A stretch of 57,590 nucleotides of DNA, counting the filler, from Sphacelaria rigidula (lineage: Eukaryota), in the NCBI GenBank assembly GCA_964200075.2. It is 5 parts of 5 records of this genome, joined end to end, with 100 filler letters (N's around TTAATTAATTAA, not from the genome) between each part and the next. Parts side by side here need not be neighbours in the genome. Positions count along the whole stretch, not along the records: positions 11,540 to 22,978 come from CAXNAA020004921.1; positions 23,079 to 34,516 come from CAXNAA020004922.1; 3 more parts are not named here. One strand, written 5' to 3'. Position numbers and translations under genes: made by a program. The notes beneath the pieces were generated by a model. The model was not told the origin of the DNA and ran no database searches. It saw only the letters and a list, made by a program, of their open reading frames with translations. Within the stretch, counting starts at the first letter, position 1; each line of letters begins with the position of its first letter. Shown here one piece after another: positions 12,960-24,584 of this stretch.

Positions 12960-15900
12960 CTATCGAGGGTCTTCATCTTTTTGCTCGCAAATGCGCCTCC
13001 TCAGCACGTAGCAGTCTGGCGGCTCAATGCGCATGTAGTAGTTCTCGATTGTTTCCTCAACGTTGAATCCATGCGCCTGGATGAAAACGGGGAGCAAGTC
13101 GCAACAAAAGACTGTGGTGTCTCACGGTGATGCTGGTGGGAAATTTGCGAACTTGACTGACAAGATTGATGGAACAGGCTCATTCACATGTTACAGACTA
13201 CGGACAGTTTGCTTGAAAGGATCACACACCGATTGATATTGTATGGTGTAAACTATCCTAGTTGTACGCACGCGAGAGAAAAAGTTTCCGTGCAGCTTTC
13301 AAGAGAGAACATCTCATTCACCATACCCAGCCGATGAAACCAGCGGTTGGGGGTGGGCAATGTCTCACTCATCGTGCGATTGTGCGTCTCACACAACAGC
13401 TCAGTGAGGACTCGATGGTGATGTTCCCTTCCTACTTCTACTTTTGCAACGGCCGAAATCAAATCACGTAGTGTACATCAGTGTTCTCGAATGGTTCACA
13501 CTGGGTCCATACTGGATACTTCCTATGATCATTGGATTGGAATTTATTTCTATGTAACAAAGGGAAAGAGTACCCCGATACAGGCAGGCTCCCCAAGCGT
13601 TCTAGAGGCCATGGCCAGGTTGTTGTAGTGCGGGTTCATTGTCAAATGTAGTCCATGTGTGACACACTGATGAGGCGACTGAAATTCAAGCATTTCAGCG
13701 CAAAGCCTTGTTCCATTACAATTTTTCGGTTGGCAGTCCCCCGGAAGATTTTTTCAAGGGGGGGGGGGGGGGGGGGGCCGCTTTTCGGGTTCCCCTTGTT
13801 GTGTGCCCATGGTCGCCCCCCCACTCTCGTGGTGGGGCTTTTTTTTTCAGNNNNNNNNCACTCATTTGCTGCTTGCCTTAGTCGTTTGACCATTGACCAC
13901 GCATCCCTTTCGAGACGGAGCATTTTTTTCAAGGGGGGGGGGGGGGGGGGGGGGGGTAATTTGGGGTATTTGGGTCATGTGGGCATTATGATCACACCAA
14001 AATAACCACAGGTATGACATCTATTTTCTGCTAGAGTGGGGTCAGGTGGACTCTCTGCGCCAAGTTGAGCCAAGTTGCGTATCAAGTTAAAAAGTTCAAA
14101 ACACACGTCCAATGTGATAGTTGAAGAGCCTTCGCTGCCTAGTATCATTGCCGCTGACACACAAGCAAGAGCCTCTGCTCATGGATTGTGAGATCAACAT
14201 AACTAATCACTCCGTGTGAACATGTACGGCGGCGTAAGCATCTCTTGTCGGACGACGACTGTACCGTACTGTATGCATGCTCCGTGCATATCATGATTTA
14301 CACACAGGACAGTACCGAAATGTACTATATTGTGTTCCAAAGGTGCATCATGATATACGGTGTAATTCGTCGTCCCTAACCCTTGATTCATGTCGTATGT
14401 CGTTCTCATCTTGGGACCAACTTTCCTTTCTCATATTTCTTTGGTGGTCTACCTATGGCCCACGTGAGAGGGTCTGGTGCTTGACCGCCAATCTAACCCC
14501 AACCTCAATCCCGACACCAAGCAGACCAAGAAGTTCGGCGACTCGAATCAGGGCCGAAAGAACACCATGAGCTCATATCTGGGTTGCGCGGCGCCGAGTA
14601 GAGCAAATAATCGCACGCTGGCAAGAACATGGGGCTTCTAATTCCGTGTAGTTCCGAACCTCGCATACCGGACCCCAAGCAAATCAATCATAGATTATTG
14701 GATAACGACCTCGCGTAAACGTTACTGCTGCCTCGTGATTTCGTTCGCATCGGCCACTTGTTTTGAGCGGCATGCGAAAAAGTGGTTTGTTTACACATAC
14801 GGACAGCTATGCTGCGTACGAACGCCGCGTGTATCGCACGAAGCGGAGGCCTCAGAGATGTAAGCACGGTCTTCACCGTCCCCGGCCTCCGCTGTGTGGC
14901 GCGGGGTGCTACCGTTTGCTTCGAGCGGTGGTCGCCTCCTAGATAAGAATAAGAACAGGTATGATGCCCATCGTCGTCTCTGAACTCCCCATTCGTGACT
15001 GACAAGCTCATCCGTTTCACGATTGAAAACGGCTCATGAGAACACCAAGTATCTTTTGGGAATCAAGTAGACACGCTCGAGATAGGGAGTGTATTTTTGT
15101 CGACTTCCATTGGTGGGCCCAACAGCAGGGCAGTGCAGTGCGAGAACAGTACAATACTTCCTCTTTGTCGTAAGTAAAGTCCGTTATGAGCGTTGAATCG
15201 TTTGGGTATATCAACGTTGACGATTATCCTATGGTCGGATTCGTCAGAGAGGTAAAGTGCAGACGAAGCTGGTAAAGAAAAAAAAACGGGAAAAAAAATG
15301 TCTTCATCACTGAAATTATGTCGAAATATACCCCATTTTGACCCATTTTGACCCATTTATACCCCATCATTGGTCGATTTTGGACGTCTTCACATCGAGT
15401 ACTAGCAATTACATGCTAACGAAATGTTGGAAGGGGCGAGCGTAGGTTAAAATGACGGACATGTCCAAAATCAATGGTGGTTTTGCAATTTCCACATCTT
15501 GTGGCCCATTTTTCGCGACTTTTCTTGTTCCCGGGTCTCTCATACTTTCCTGGGAAAACGAGCGAAAAATGACCGTTTTTGGACCGATCTACTTTTCCTC
15601 GGCCGTGCGGCTGCATGGGTCAAGCACCCACGTTGTAGAAAAAATGTTGGTTTGAGCTAAAAAAACGCCTACGAATGCAATGAAAAGATCGAAAGTCAAG
15701 TATCACACCGTTAAGGGCCCGTGTAATCATAACGGACTTTACTTATGGCACAGAGGAAGTATAACAGTACACACGAAACGGTATGCCACAACCGAAGAGC
15801 AGGCTGACCTCATAAAACTTGACAGCTTCGTGGTTGCTTGTCTGCACGTGCAAGTAGACCTCGCCCACGGAGGGGTAGCGTGCAAGATTGCTCAAAATTC

Positions 15901-16384
15901 GAAGCAGGAGTTGCTTCCCCACGCCACGACGTCGCCACGGGGCCAGCACTCCCAACGTCATGATGTACAACCGGTCGTGCGCTGAAGGTGGGTCAGTCGG
16001 CTCTATCCGACAGCACATGGACCCAACAACCGATCCATCGACATAAGCTGCTTGGAAGGACGCGAAAACGGTCACACACAGATGTAGATCAGGATTATAT
16101 ACAGCGCGTTAACCAGTGAAAAACTAAACGCGCGCATACAACAATAAAGTTAATGCTCTGTCTCTCTGTATCTTGTCTGTCCCTGTCCCTGTCTGTTCTG
16201 TCTGTCCCTGTCTCTCACCAAATTGATTGAAGTCAGGATTGCCATCAGGTACATCGGCGTAGAAGGAGTCGTGGTATCGGACGGGAAATATCGATGCGTT
16301 CATCTTCCTTAGCTGCTGGACATTGCGCACCGTGATATTACCGAATGTCACACCCAACCCATCAGGCGTAGAACTCCTGCTCAT
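12960..16384 (-). CDS. NAA50: N-alpha-acetyltransferase 50 (NatE catalytic subunit, GNAT fold), complete, 173 aa
   Basis: Exons 16384-16219, 16047-15809 and 13076-12960 have phase-consistent GT-AG introns. Motifs QLRKMNASIFPVRY, LYIMTLGVLAPWRRRGVG, VYLHVQTSN, FYEAHGF and NYYMRIEPPDCYVL are characteristic of Naa50/San. Confidence 0.93.
15157..15759. mobile_element. Stowaway/Tc1-mariner-like MITE in NAA50 intron 2
   Basis: TA|CTTCCTCTTTGTCGTAAGTAAAGTCCGTTATGA ... TCATAACGGACTTTACTTATGGCACAGAGGAAG|TA: ~33-bp imperfect TIR with TA target duplication; no ORF. Confidence 0.85.
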
Positions 16385-16608
16385 GCTCACACACTTGTGC
16401 CCAGAACTGCGTCTGCTGGAAAGCTAGTAGCTGAGGCATGGTGGCCCAACTGCCGTCGGCGAAATCGGTGCCGTTTCGAATTCCCGGACTTTCAAGAACA
16501 ATATGTCAAGATATCTAAAATTCCATTTCAAGTATAACCGAGAAGTCGAACAGCAGGAAGGCTTCCGAGAGAAGAAACCTCGCCTCCCACCCGGAGAGAA
16601 GAGTATCT
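16385..16608. promoter_or_regulatory. Probable bidirectional promoter (NAA50 / kelch gene)
   Basis: Only 224 bp lie between the divergent ATGs (16384 minus, 16609 plus). Inferred from geometry alone. Confidence 0.6.
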
Positions 16609-19600
16609 ATGAGCGCTCCTGTCCCTATATCGGCAGCTCGACCTTCTGTGTCTTGGACCAAGGTGCTTTGCTATATTGTCAATAGCTCGTCATTTATGTA
16701 TGGCCATGCGGCATGTGCACTGGTAGTTGTAAAACTGAGCTGACATGAACCCCTGTGGTCTGTCCTTAAATAAAATAGTCGGATGGATACAGACAGCAGT
16801 CGAGACATACTATCATGCTAATGGGTTGCTTTGGCTTCATCTCGCTTGCTGTTTTCCCTCTTCACAGGCATCGACGAACGGAGATCGAGTGCCTGCTCGA
16901 GGAGGCCACACCTGCATCGTGGCAGATTTCCAGTTGGTGGTGTTCGGAGGCACCTGCTACAAAGCGAATGTCAGTTCGTGCCAAAACATCATGAGACCCC
17001 ACAACAGTACGAGTATACACAGTGAAGAAGCTGGGGCTGGTTGATCCATCGCCCGCAGTTGGACGCTCAACGTGGCCCCGCGTCTATCGCTTGTGCCATT
17101 GCCTGGGGAGGGTCAAAGTCTTAAGAAGCAATTTGACTCTTATGTCCCCGCAAAGCTGATTTCCACGAATTGTTTCAACGGTGTGAATTGGTAACACCTC
17201 ATGACTCTTGTTTTTTGTTTTTTCACCCTTGATCCCCCAGTCTGCATGTACCAACTTCTCTCGTTTGGACATACTTCAATTGTCAATGACTGGTGACAAC
17301 ACAGGATAAGTTCACGTACCTTGGTGACACATGGGTGCTGGATATTGAGTCCATGACGTGGCAGGAAGTCCGGTGCGGAGGTAACCTGCCGAGTCCCCGC
17401 TACGGGCATTCTTGCCATCTGGTAGGCTCACGAATGTTCATCATTGGTGGCAAAGGTCCAAGTGGTCAGCTCTACCGAGACGTGCACTTTTTGGACCTTG
17501 TTGACTGGACATGGGTTGCAGTAAATGCTACTTCTACCGGACCGTCTCCCAGGTGCCTGATTAGAGTTCGAAAATGGTTTGTCTAACCATCAACCAGTGA
17601 AATCTTGGTAAAATGGTACATCATGGTTTGGTCATCGTGCGGCGAAGCCGCGAGCCGAAAAGGCCCCGCCCAGGCAAAAGGGGCTCCGCTGGAGACCCCC
17701 CCGTAAGGCCCCGCTGGAGGCGCCGTGCCGGAGGCACATTTTTACGCGATTTGGCTTCACTAGAGCTAAAACATACGTTGAATTTTGGCCAAGTTTCAAG
17801 GGTAAAAACATAGTGCACTTGGCTTGGAATTTCGATCAAGAAAAAAAGTAGCCCGTTTTCAATTTCTATCGAAAGAATAATGGCACCGTCTTTTCTGGTC
17901 TTTCTTATTTTTGATCGAGAAGAAGGAGAACTGTAAGTACGAGCCATAGTTGGTGAAGGCTGGCCGCGAGCTTGAGACAGGCAACGTGGTAGAGCACCAT
18001 GGGTGTGATGTGCACCGCCTGGAGTCCTCGTCCTCAAAGCTGCGTTTAGCTTTTGAGAGAGCGGGAATCCACCTATAGCCTAGCGGTCCCCCTCGTGGGA
18101 GTCGTGAGTCGGTGTATCTTCTCCTGAACGGGAGTCCTGGCCGGTGGCTGTCTGGTACCGGCTCAGGCTCTTTCGCACCCTCGTGATCTGTGGTGTTGCT
18201 GCTGCGGTTTTCGGAGCCGAGTACATCACCGATGGTCTCCATGGTGGGCGGGATTGACGCTCTGGCGTGTCCTCTGCGGCCCTGTGTGCGCTGGAGTGTG
18301 TCCTGCAGCCCAGGGCTGCTGCTGCATACTGTATACCATCTGTTGTAGCTGTGTGCTGTATGTAGTAGGTAGCCGGTAACGGCTGATAATGCCGTTAATG
18401 GCAAATGATGGTTTGAAACCAATATCCATTTTTTTTATATAATCATTATCATTATTCCCATTATAGTAATAATGATCAGTTATAACTGGTACCATTTCCG
18501 AGCTCTAATAGTTAGGGGATGGTACTGTAATAGCGTAATTCGCGTTGCATAGGTACTGCACGTCGGCGAACTCGCAATCATCTGACTCCATCAGGCGTTG
18601 ACCGATTGGTATTGTTTCACTCTATAATTCCCTGAATTTTTCTGGGTGTCACTGTTGTTGTAGGCGATGGTTCTATTGCATTTCGGTGTTGTCCAGCGTA
18701 ACTGTTGAAATTTTAGCAGAACATTGAATTTCTCGATTTTCATGCTGTCCCTACTCCTGCCGTGCAGATTTTGGCAAGCATCAGTCCTGGTTGGTCACAA
18801 GATCGTTGTTCACGGTGGATGGAATGGTACAAATCAATGCTACGAAGATTTGTGGGTGTTCGACACCGACTCCTTTGCGTGGATACAGCCGCGGACTGCG
18901 GGGCTGTGCCCAACGGCAAGGTGGATGAATGATACTCCCACTCATGAAATACAGATGTGCCAATCGGTTGCCGCCCGAACTTCCAGATTACCTGCAGATA
19001 TGTTTTATTCCTCTTCACTCAGAGACTGGCTCACCTAGTATGTTATAGCTGATGATGCACACCTTCACTCAGGTCAAAGTCTTCGTGGTGTGTTTACATT
19101 GATACCCAGAAGTAGTTCCAATACACACGAGCACATGCTATTATAGCGACGATATTCAGTACTGGTACAGTGTTCGTGAAAGTTTCGTTTTTCCACACGC
19201 AGTACAGGGTACGCATATTTGCTTCAATGAGTCTTGTGACGGCCAGAAGTAAGTTACTTGCACAGTACACTTTTAAGTGAGACCGTATTGTGTGGTAATC
19301 AGAGCAGCACAATACCTCCATCGTGGATGTCGGGCTTCGTTCAGGACGGCATATGCAGCGACGTTCAGGGTTGAGGGTAGGAAACACTTGGAACCGTCGG
19401 CGTTGGTCTATTTGGTTGTGTGTCCATCTTTAGATAACAACACTGTGATCGGGCATGGTACGCCTACCCGAACTGATTTTCGCAGATGTAGGGGAATTGT
19501 AACTTGTGATACCGCTTGCATCGAACTCCTCGGAATGATCTTGCGAAACGGGTGGGGTAAAATGTTGCAATAAATCAAAGGGCCCTCGGATGTGTCACGC

Positions 19601-20411
19601 AAATATTTGCACTCTTTATGGACGATCACATAGGGGACTTCGATACCAGGAGGTATGTGATACGTTTGTTCGGTTGACAATATGACATTCATCGCCTGCA
19701 GCAACGCCTCAGAACGGTCAAACTCTTGCAATAAATAGCTCGAAACACACACCCTATACGCACTGTAGGATCAACTCTAACTCGAGTGATGATATTCCAA
19801 GCAAATATGTCGTCCACGTACGCATATCCCAATATACTCGTGCAGTACGAAACGTGAAAATCATACTAGTTAAACCCGCTTTCATCCAGGTATGGACATA
19901 ATATGATGTTGCTACCAGATGGCCGCATACTTTTATCTGGAGGGGCCACAGTACAAGATAAGACCGGGCCGAAGTATCACAAAGATCTGCGACAGCTTGA
20001 TACGGAGACAATGCTCTGGTCAAAGGCCAAAACCACAGGTAAGCTCATTTGGAAACCGCGTTACCATGTCCAGTGTCAAATTTCTTCACGAATTGACTGC
20101 GCTACCTTTACGCGATGCGTGGTGGCGAAGACGTGCAGCCCCATCCATAAAATCGCAACCATCATTCCAGTCGTCTTTTCCTCGCGAAAAACAGGCTTCA
20201 AGACCTCAGGCCGTTGTAATCACACCCTGACGCCAGACGAAGGCGGGCATAATGCTCTACTTCTCGGAGGATGGGGTCTTGGGGGTCTTCAGCGGCAAGA
20301 AATAAACAAGCGGAGTGGGGCGGTGACCGCTGCAGCGTATCAGATGCCTGCATGCGATGCGGTCTCTGTCAGCGTTCCATCGTGGAAGGGCAGGGGTACG
20401 CCAGAGCACAA
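16609..20411 (+). CDS. Kelch-repeat beta-propeller protein, 3'-incomplete
   Basis: Exons 16609-16662, 16868-16969, 17305-17552, 18768-18920, 19890-20038 and 20195-20411 all join in phase with GT-AG. Repeated kelch blades: PARGGHT..VVFGG, PSPRYGHS..FIIGG, PSPRFWQA..VVHGG, PTARYGHN..LLSGG, SGRCNHT..LLLGG. Ends at a GTGAGT donor; next exon not found in the contig. Confidence 0.9.
17562..18507. mobile_element. Non-autonomous TIR element filling most of kelch intron 3
   Basis: Termini TAGAGTTCGAAAATGGT / ACCATTTCCGAGCTCTA form a 15/17 inverted match. A related copy lies at 7349-7580. No 8-bp TSD seen; a TA TSD is possible. Confidence 0.7.
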
Positions 20412-21215
20412 GTGAGTAGCTTTGTTGTAGCAACAGTGCGCCATTCATTCGCTCTCAACATTAACCGCCCAAGCCTAGGTTCACTCGACGTAAAGTTCAA
20501 GCTAATTCCAACGTCATATCGGGGAAAATTCACCGGTACCTCACTTGGTGAAGTGGATTAATAATACCTTGAACTTGTCACTCTCATCCACATGCACGAT
20601 ACGAGCGTAAACTTCTGAGCAGGGAGCAGAAAAATAATACTCTGAGATTTTGTGGCACTTGAGAGCAGTGGTCAGCAAGGTCTCGCACTTGAAAGTTGAG
20701 TCAAGATATTTCAGCGTTCATGTGAAGTGATGCACCTGTCTTGTACTATCGGGTGCTGATTGCTTTCCGTGGCTTACTTTGCACTTTTAGCGACGCTCCC
20801 TAGCTGTGTTTCCTGTTCCTGCTCTCCCTTCGTCGCTGAGTTCTTTTTTTTTTCCCTTCCCTTATGTTGTGCCTTCTTTTCTTCCTTTATTTTTCCGTCC
20901 TCCTCTTTGCTCTTCCTCTCATTTTCTTCTCCCTTGTTTGTGTGTGCCTCCGTGTATTTTTTGTGTGTGATTCCCTTTACTTTGCCTTGTTTGTTTCGTG
21001 CGGACTCCTTTTCTGAAGCCATGCTTGCAGCAGCGGTTCGTGGATTGTTTTTTTCTCGTGACTGGTACAGCACTCACCGTAAATAGGTTTCGCCTGGCGG
21101 CTCCTAATTCATCTATTTTCCTTAGGTACGATTTCCTCTTGTGTTTCCCCCCCAGTCTGCTTTGTTTGTTCTCTGCTTCCTTCTCTATTTTGTCTATGTT
21201 CTCGAGTCCTCTTGA

Positions 21216-21237
21216 AACATGGGATTTCACAAATTGA

Positions 21238-21271
<34 letters not shown>

Positions 21272-21626
21272 CATGAGGATGAACCCTGGGATTGTTCAGA
21301 AGCATGGAGGTATTCTCAAAAACAAAGCACGAATGGACTATCCGGTCGTGATGTGCGGCCTCGGTCATCCCTCAAGAAAAAAATATTGTCAATTTGTAAA
21401 ATCCCGTGTTACTTTTTGTGCGGGAATGAACGGAGGTCGAAATTGGTTGGTTTAAAAACGGGATGTTACAACTTGGGGGTACATTATTTTGAGGATGAAT
21501 GAGACCACACATCACGGCCTGAGAATGCATCTGCATTTATGTTTCGAAAATATTTCGATGCTTACGAAGGTTCCCAAGGTTCACCTCAAAAACAACCCAT
21601 CATCAATCCGTAAAATCCTGTGTTTT
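21216..21626. mobile_element. Two diverged ~175-195 bp MITE copies in opposite orientation
   Basis: Copy 1 (21216-21410) has TIR AACATGGGATTTCACAAATTGA / TCAATTTGTAAAATCCCGTGTT (20/22). Copy 2 (~21454-21626) aligns along its length to the reverse complement of copy 1. A (TA)n tract lies inside copy 1. Confidence 0.7.
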
Positions 21627-22978
21627 AAGCAAGTGTTTTTTTTTCACCATGGGTATGCCTGTCGTGTGACCCTTGCTATATTCGTGGCGGATCGGTTAAC
21701 GTTGATGTGCAGCAATCGATCGATCGACCAACCGACCATGAATCAATGCCAACACACTCTGATTCTTCCCTTTTCATCTTCCCCTTTTTTGGAGTTTCGT
21801 TGAGCGAATGCTTCTGTTTCTTCATATCCAGTACGTACATATCGTGACCACGGCTGGATAGGTCGTTTTGGGTGCAGGTACATCACCCGGAACTATTGCG
21901 GCTGTGTCACGGACAATCACATCTCGCTTCTTTTCCTTCCTTTTTCGTCGCAGTACATGTGTATTTGGAGCAATGTACGGTGGGGGTGCACTATTTGCGC
22001 AAAATCTTGTGTTGTGCAGGGGCTCCTAACAATTCTAGATGCACAATATTATGGGTCAGGGCATCCCCGTTTGCAATTTGTTTTTGGGATTTACCTGGCA
22101 CATTGGAATAATAATCCTGGCGTACTCTCACTTATTCCATCAGCATTTGTTTGGATGAGATCAAGGGCTCCTAACAATTCTAGCCTCAGAAAGTATTTGT
22201 ACACCGCTACCGTAGCAATATTCTTTGGTGACAGGTAACAATGGCCTGTTCCTGACGAAAATGACGGGAATCGGGTCACGCCCATGTATGTTTTGCACCG
22301 CGGAGAAAGGACGCTGAACACTGTGCCCCGAAGTGGCCAAGGAAATTCCACAGCAGTCGCCCTCTGCATTTTTGGAGGGGGTGAATTTCACCTCCTCAAG
22401 CCATGATATTGATGTCTCAGTCATTCCGGAACGATTGAACTATTTTCAGATGCCATACATAACGAGCTAAGAATCGAGAACAGGTGATGTGCCACGACAA
22501 CGACGGTAAAATTTCATGTCAAGGGCGAAATTACAGGAGGGAAAATTAATTTTCGATAAACATCCCTATTTTCCTCTTGTGTTCGGTGTTGATCGTTCAG
22601 ATGTTTTTCCATGATTTCACAAATTATGTTTCTTGCTGGTAATGAAGTGCGCTATTGAAGTAAGAACAACTTGACGTTTGCTCATTTTCAAGTTTGGCCT
22701 TCAAATTTATACATTCGAAGAAGCAATTGTTTCGGAAGAACTCCATCTCTCTGGATGTCCAAGTATCTTGCAACGCGGGGTTTTACAAATTGCGGATGAG
22801 TTTGTTTCTCGGGTGGGCCTTGGGAATCTTCATAAGCTTCAAACTTTCTCGATATAAAACAGTAAATGCACTCCCCGCTCGTGATGTGTGACCTCGCTCA
22901 TCTCAACACAATACACAACAACAAATTGTGCGAATTGAGGTTTAACTTCGAGATGAGGTTCAAGCCTGAAACAGTGCT

Positions 22979-23078
22979 NNNNNNNNNNNNNNNNNNNNNN
23001 NNNNNNNNNNNNNNNNNNNNNNTTAATTAATTAANNNNNNNNNNNNNNNNNNNNNNNNNNNNNNNNNNNNNNNNNNNN
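22979..23078. other. Artificial contig-joining spacer
   Basis: Same 44N-TTAATTAATTAA-44N structure. Confidence 0.97.
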
Positions 23079-23191
23079 GCCGTGGTGTGTTAGGCGAGCC
23101 ACATGAAGGGTGAGCTGCATCCTGCTGAGGTTGTTTGGCCCGAAGCCTACTGATTATCTTGCATTTGGATGGCAACCTCCAATGAGTTGCT

Positions 23192-23246
23192 TTATTATCT
23201 GATATCGCCACTTCCAGAGACAGCCACGGCTTATACACTGCCTCAT
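23192..23246 (-). repeat. Dispersed repeat near both ends of contig 3, in inverted orientation
   Basis: 55 bp match the reverse complement of 34462-34516 with 3 mismatches. Confidence 0.85.
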
Positions 23247-24584
23247 GGCTGTCTCACCATTTAAACACTACGTAGTACGATCATTCCCATTGTGCGTAGT
23301 TGAGGTTCTCCCACGCCGTCCGTGATCTAGCTCGACTACCGTCATGGTTGCCGGGAAAAAAAATGTAAGCGCGTAAAAAAAACGATAACCTGGTTGCCTA
23401 GCTTACGCAGTGTGTGGCGTGTTTTATAACGTCATCGCCAACCGACGCCAACCCCATCGGGGGTGGGAGGATACTACAGGGTGTTACCGTACGCTCCTTT
23501 TTCGCATCCATGGCATAGTTGGCGCAAGAATTTTTTACCTCATCCAATACTCATGTTTTCTGGTTCTCACTAGCAGGTGAACGCAACGTACTAAAAGTTG
23601 CATTCTGGAAGTGGTAGATTCGGGATAGATGGTTGTGAAATCGTCAGTACTGTACGTAGCGACAGAAAGTTACCATTTTTCTTCGACACATAATCATGCG
23701 CAGGATAAATCCAGGTATCACCTGTCTGCGCTCAAGAAAATGTGCTTCACGAACGACCGACATTTACACGACACACCTCCGAACCATTAGGATCTCCAAT
23801 GTCCACCCACTCATGCATGACGCCGGGTTACTACGTAGTGGGGTATCTACACACCACAGTAAACAAATCGGGGCAATAGTCTTATGGAGTAAAACTGGCG
23901 ATTTGGCACGTTGGAGTTCAGATAAACACGCTTTACCTCGTACGGCCAGTATATACGTTTAGCCCGGATCGAGGGAATGGCCGAAGTTCTCTGACCCTCA
24001 CGTGCAGTTCGTCAGCATTTGGTTTCAGACATTCCTTTCGGTCTTCGTATCTACTAAAACTGACAATCTCATTCCAATCGGTTCTCCCCTGGAACTAAAA
24101 TTACAACCAAGAGAATTAGCATGTAACGTGTATGTATCGATAGCTCGATTGATTTTGCATAGAATTTTGGCTCATATGTTGTCTATCATCTCTATGTGTC
24201 GAGTCTCGTCCAGCGCAGTGTGTGCACACACACATTGCACTCTACAGTGCCATGCTTATGTACAACACGATAGTACAAGCGATACCTACCTTATTTTTTC
24301 TTGTGTATTTCGTGACGCCGGTCATTATCCTCCTTTCGAAAACAGACTCTTCAGCTTGTCGTAAACCCCTTGTCTCTCCACGTCTCAAGCATCGGGCAAC
24401 TTTGAGTCGTACTTTTTCAAACGACTGAAGTTCACGAGAAGATCTCGCTCAACTGTTGACGCCCTTCGACCGACGGCTGAAGGCAAATCAATGCTGAACA
24501 AAATGTGTCGTTCTGTTCGGTGCCAACGCTTGACGTGCTGCTGACACGACTTCTCCCCAGCGGATACGTTCGGCACAAACTGAC

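Noticed and set aside
13655..13690. Hammerhead ribozyme (CTGATGA...GAAA)
   Set aside because: Stem II is at most 2 weak pairs, and stems I/III do not form around a cleavage triplet. The similar motif near 4038 fails too.
16503..16685. ORF MSRYLKF... as first exon of the kelch gene
   Set aside because: Out of phase with exon 2. The ATG at 16609 gives MSAPVPISAARPSVSWTK, which splices in frame.
20760..21237. Lys/Glu-rich and Phe/Leu-rich ORFs
   Set aside because: Products of a pyrimidine-rich low-complexity tract; no domain or consistent splice structure recognised.
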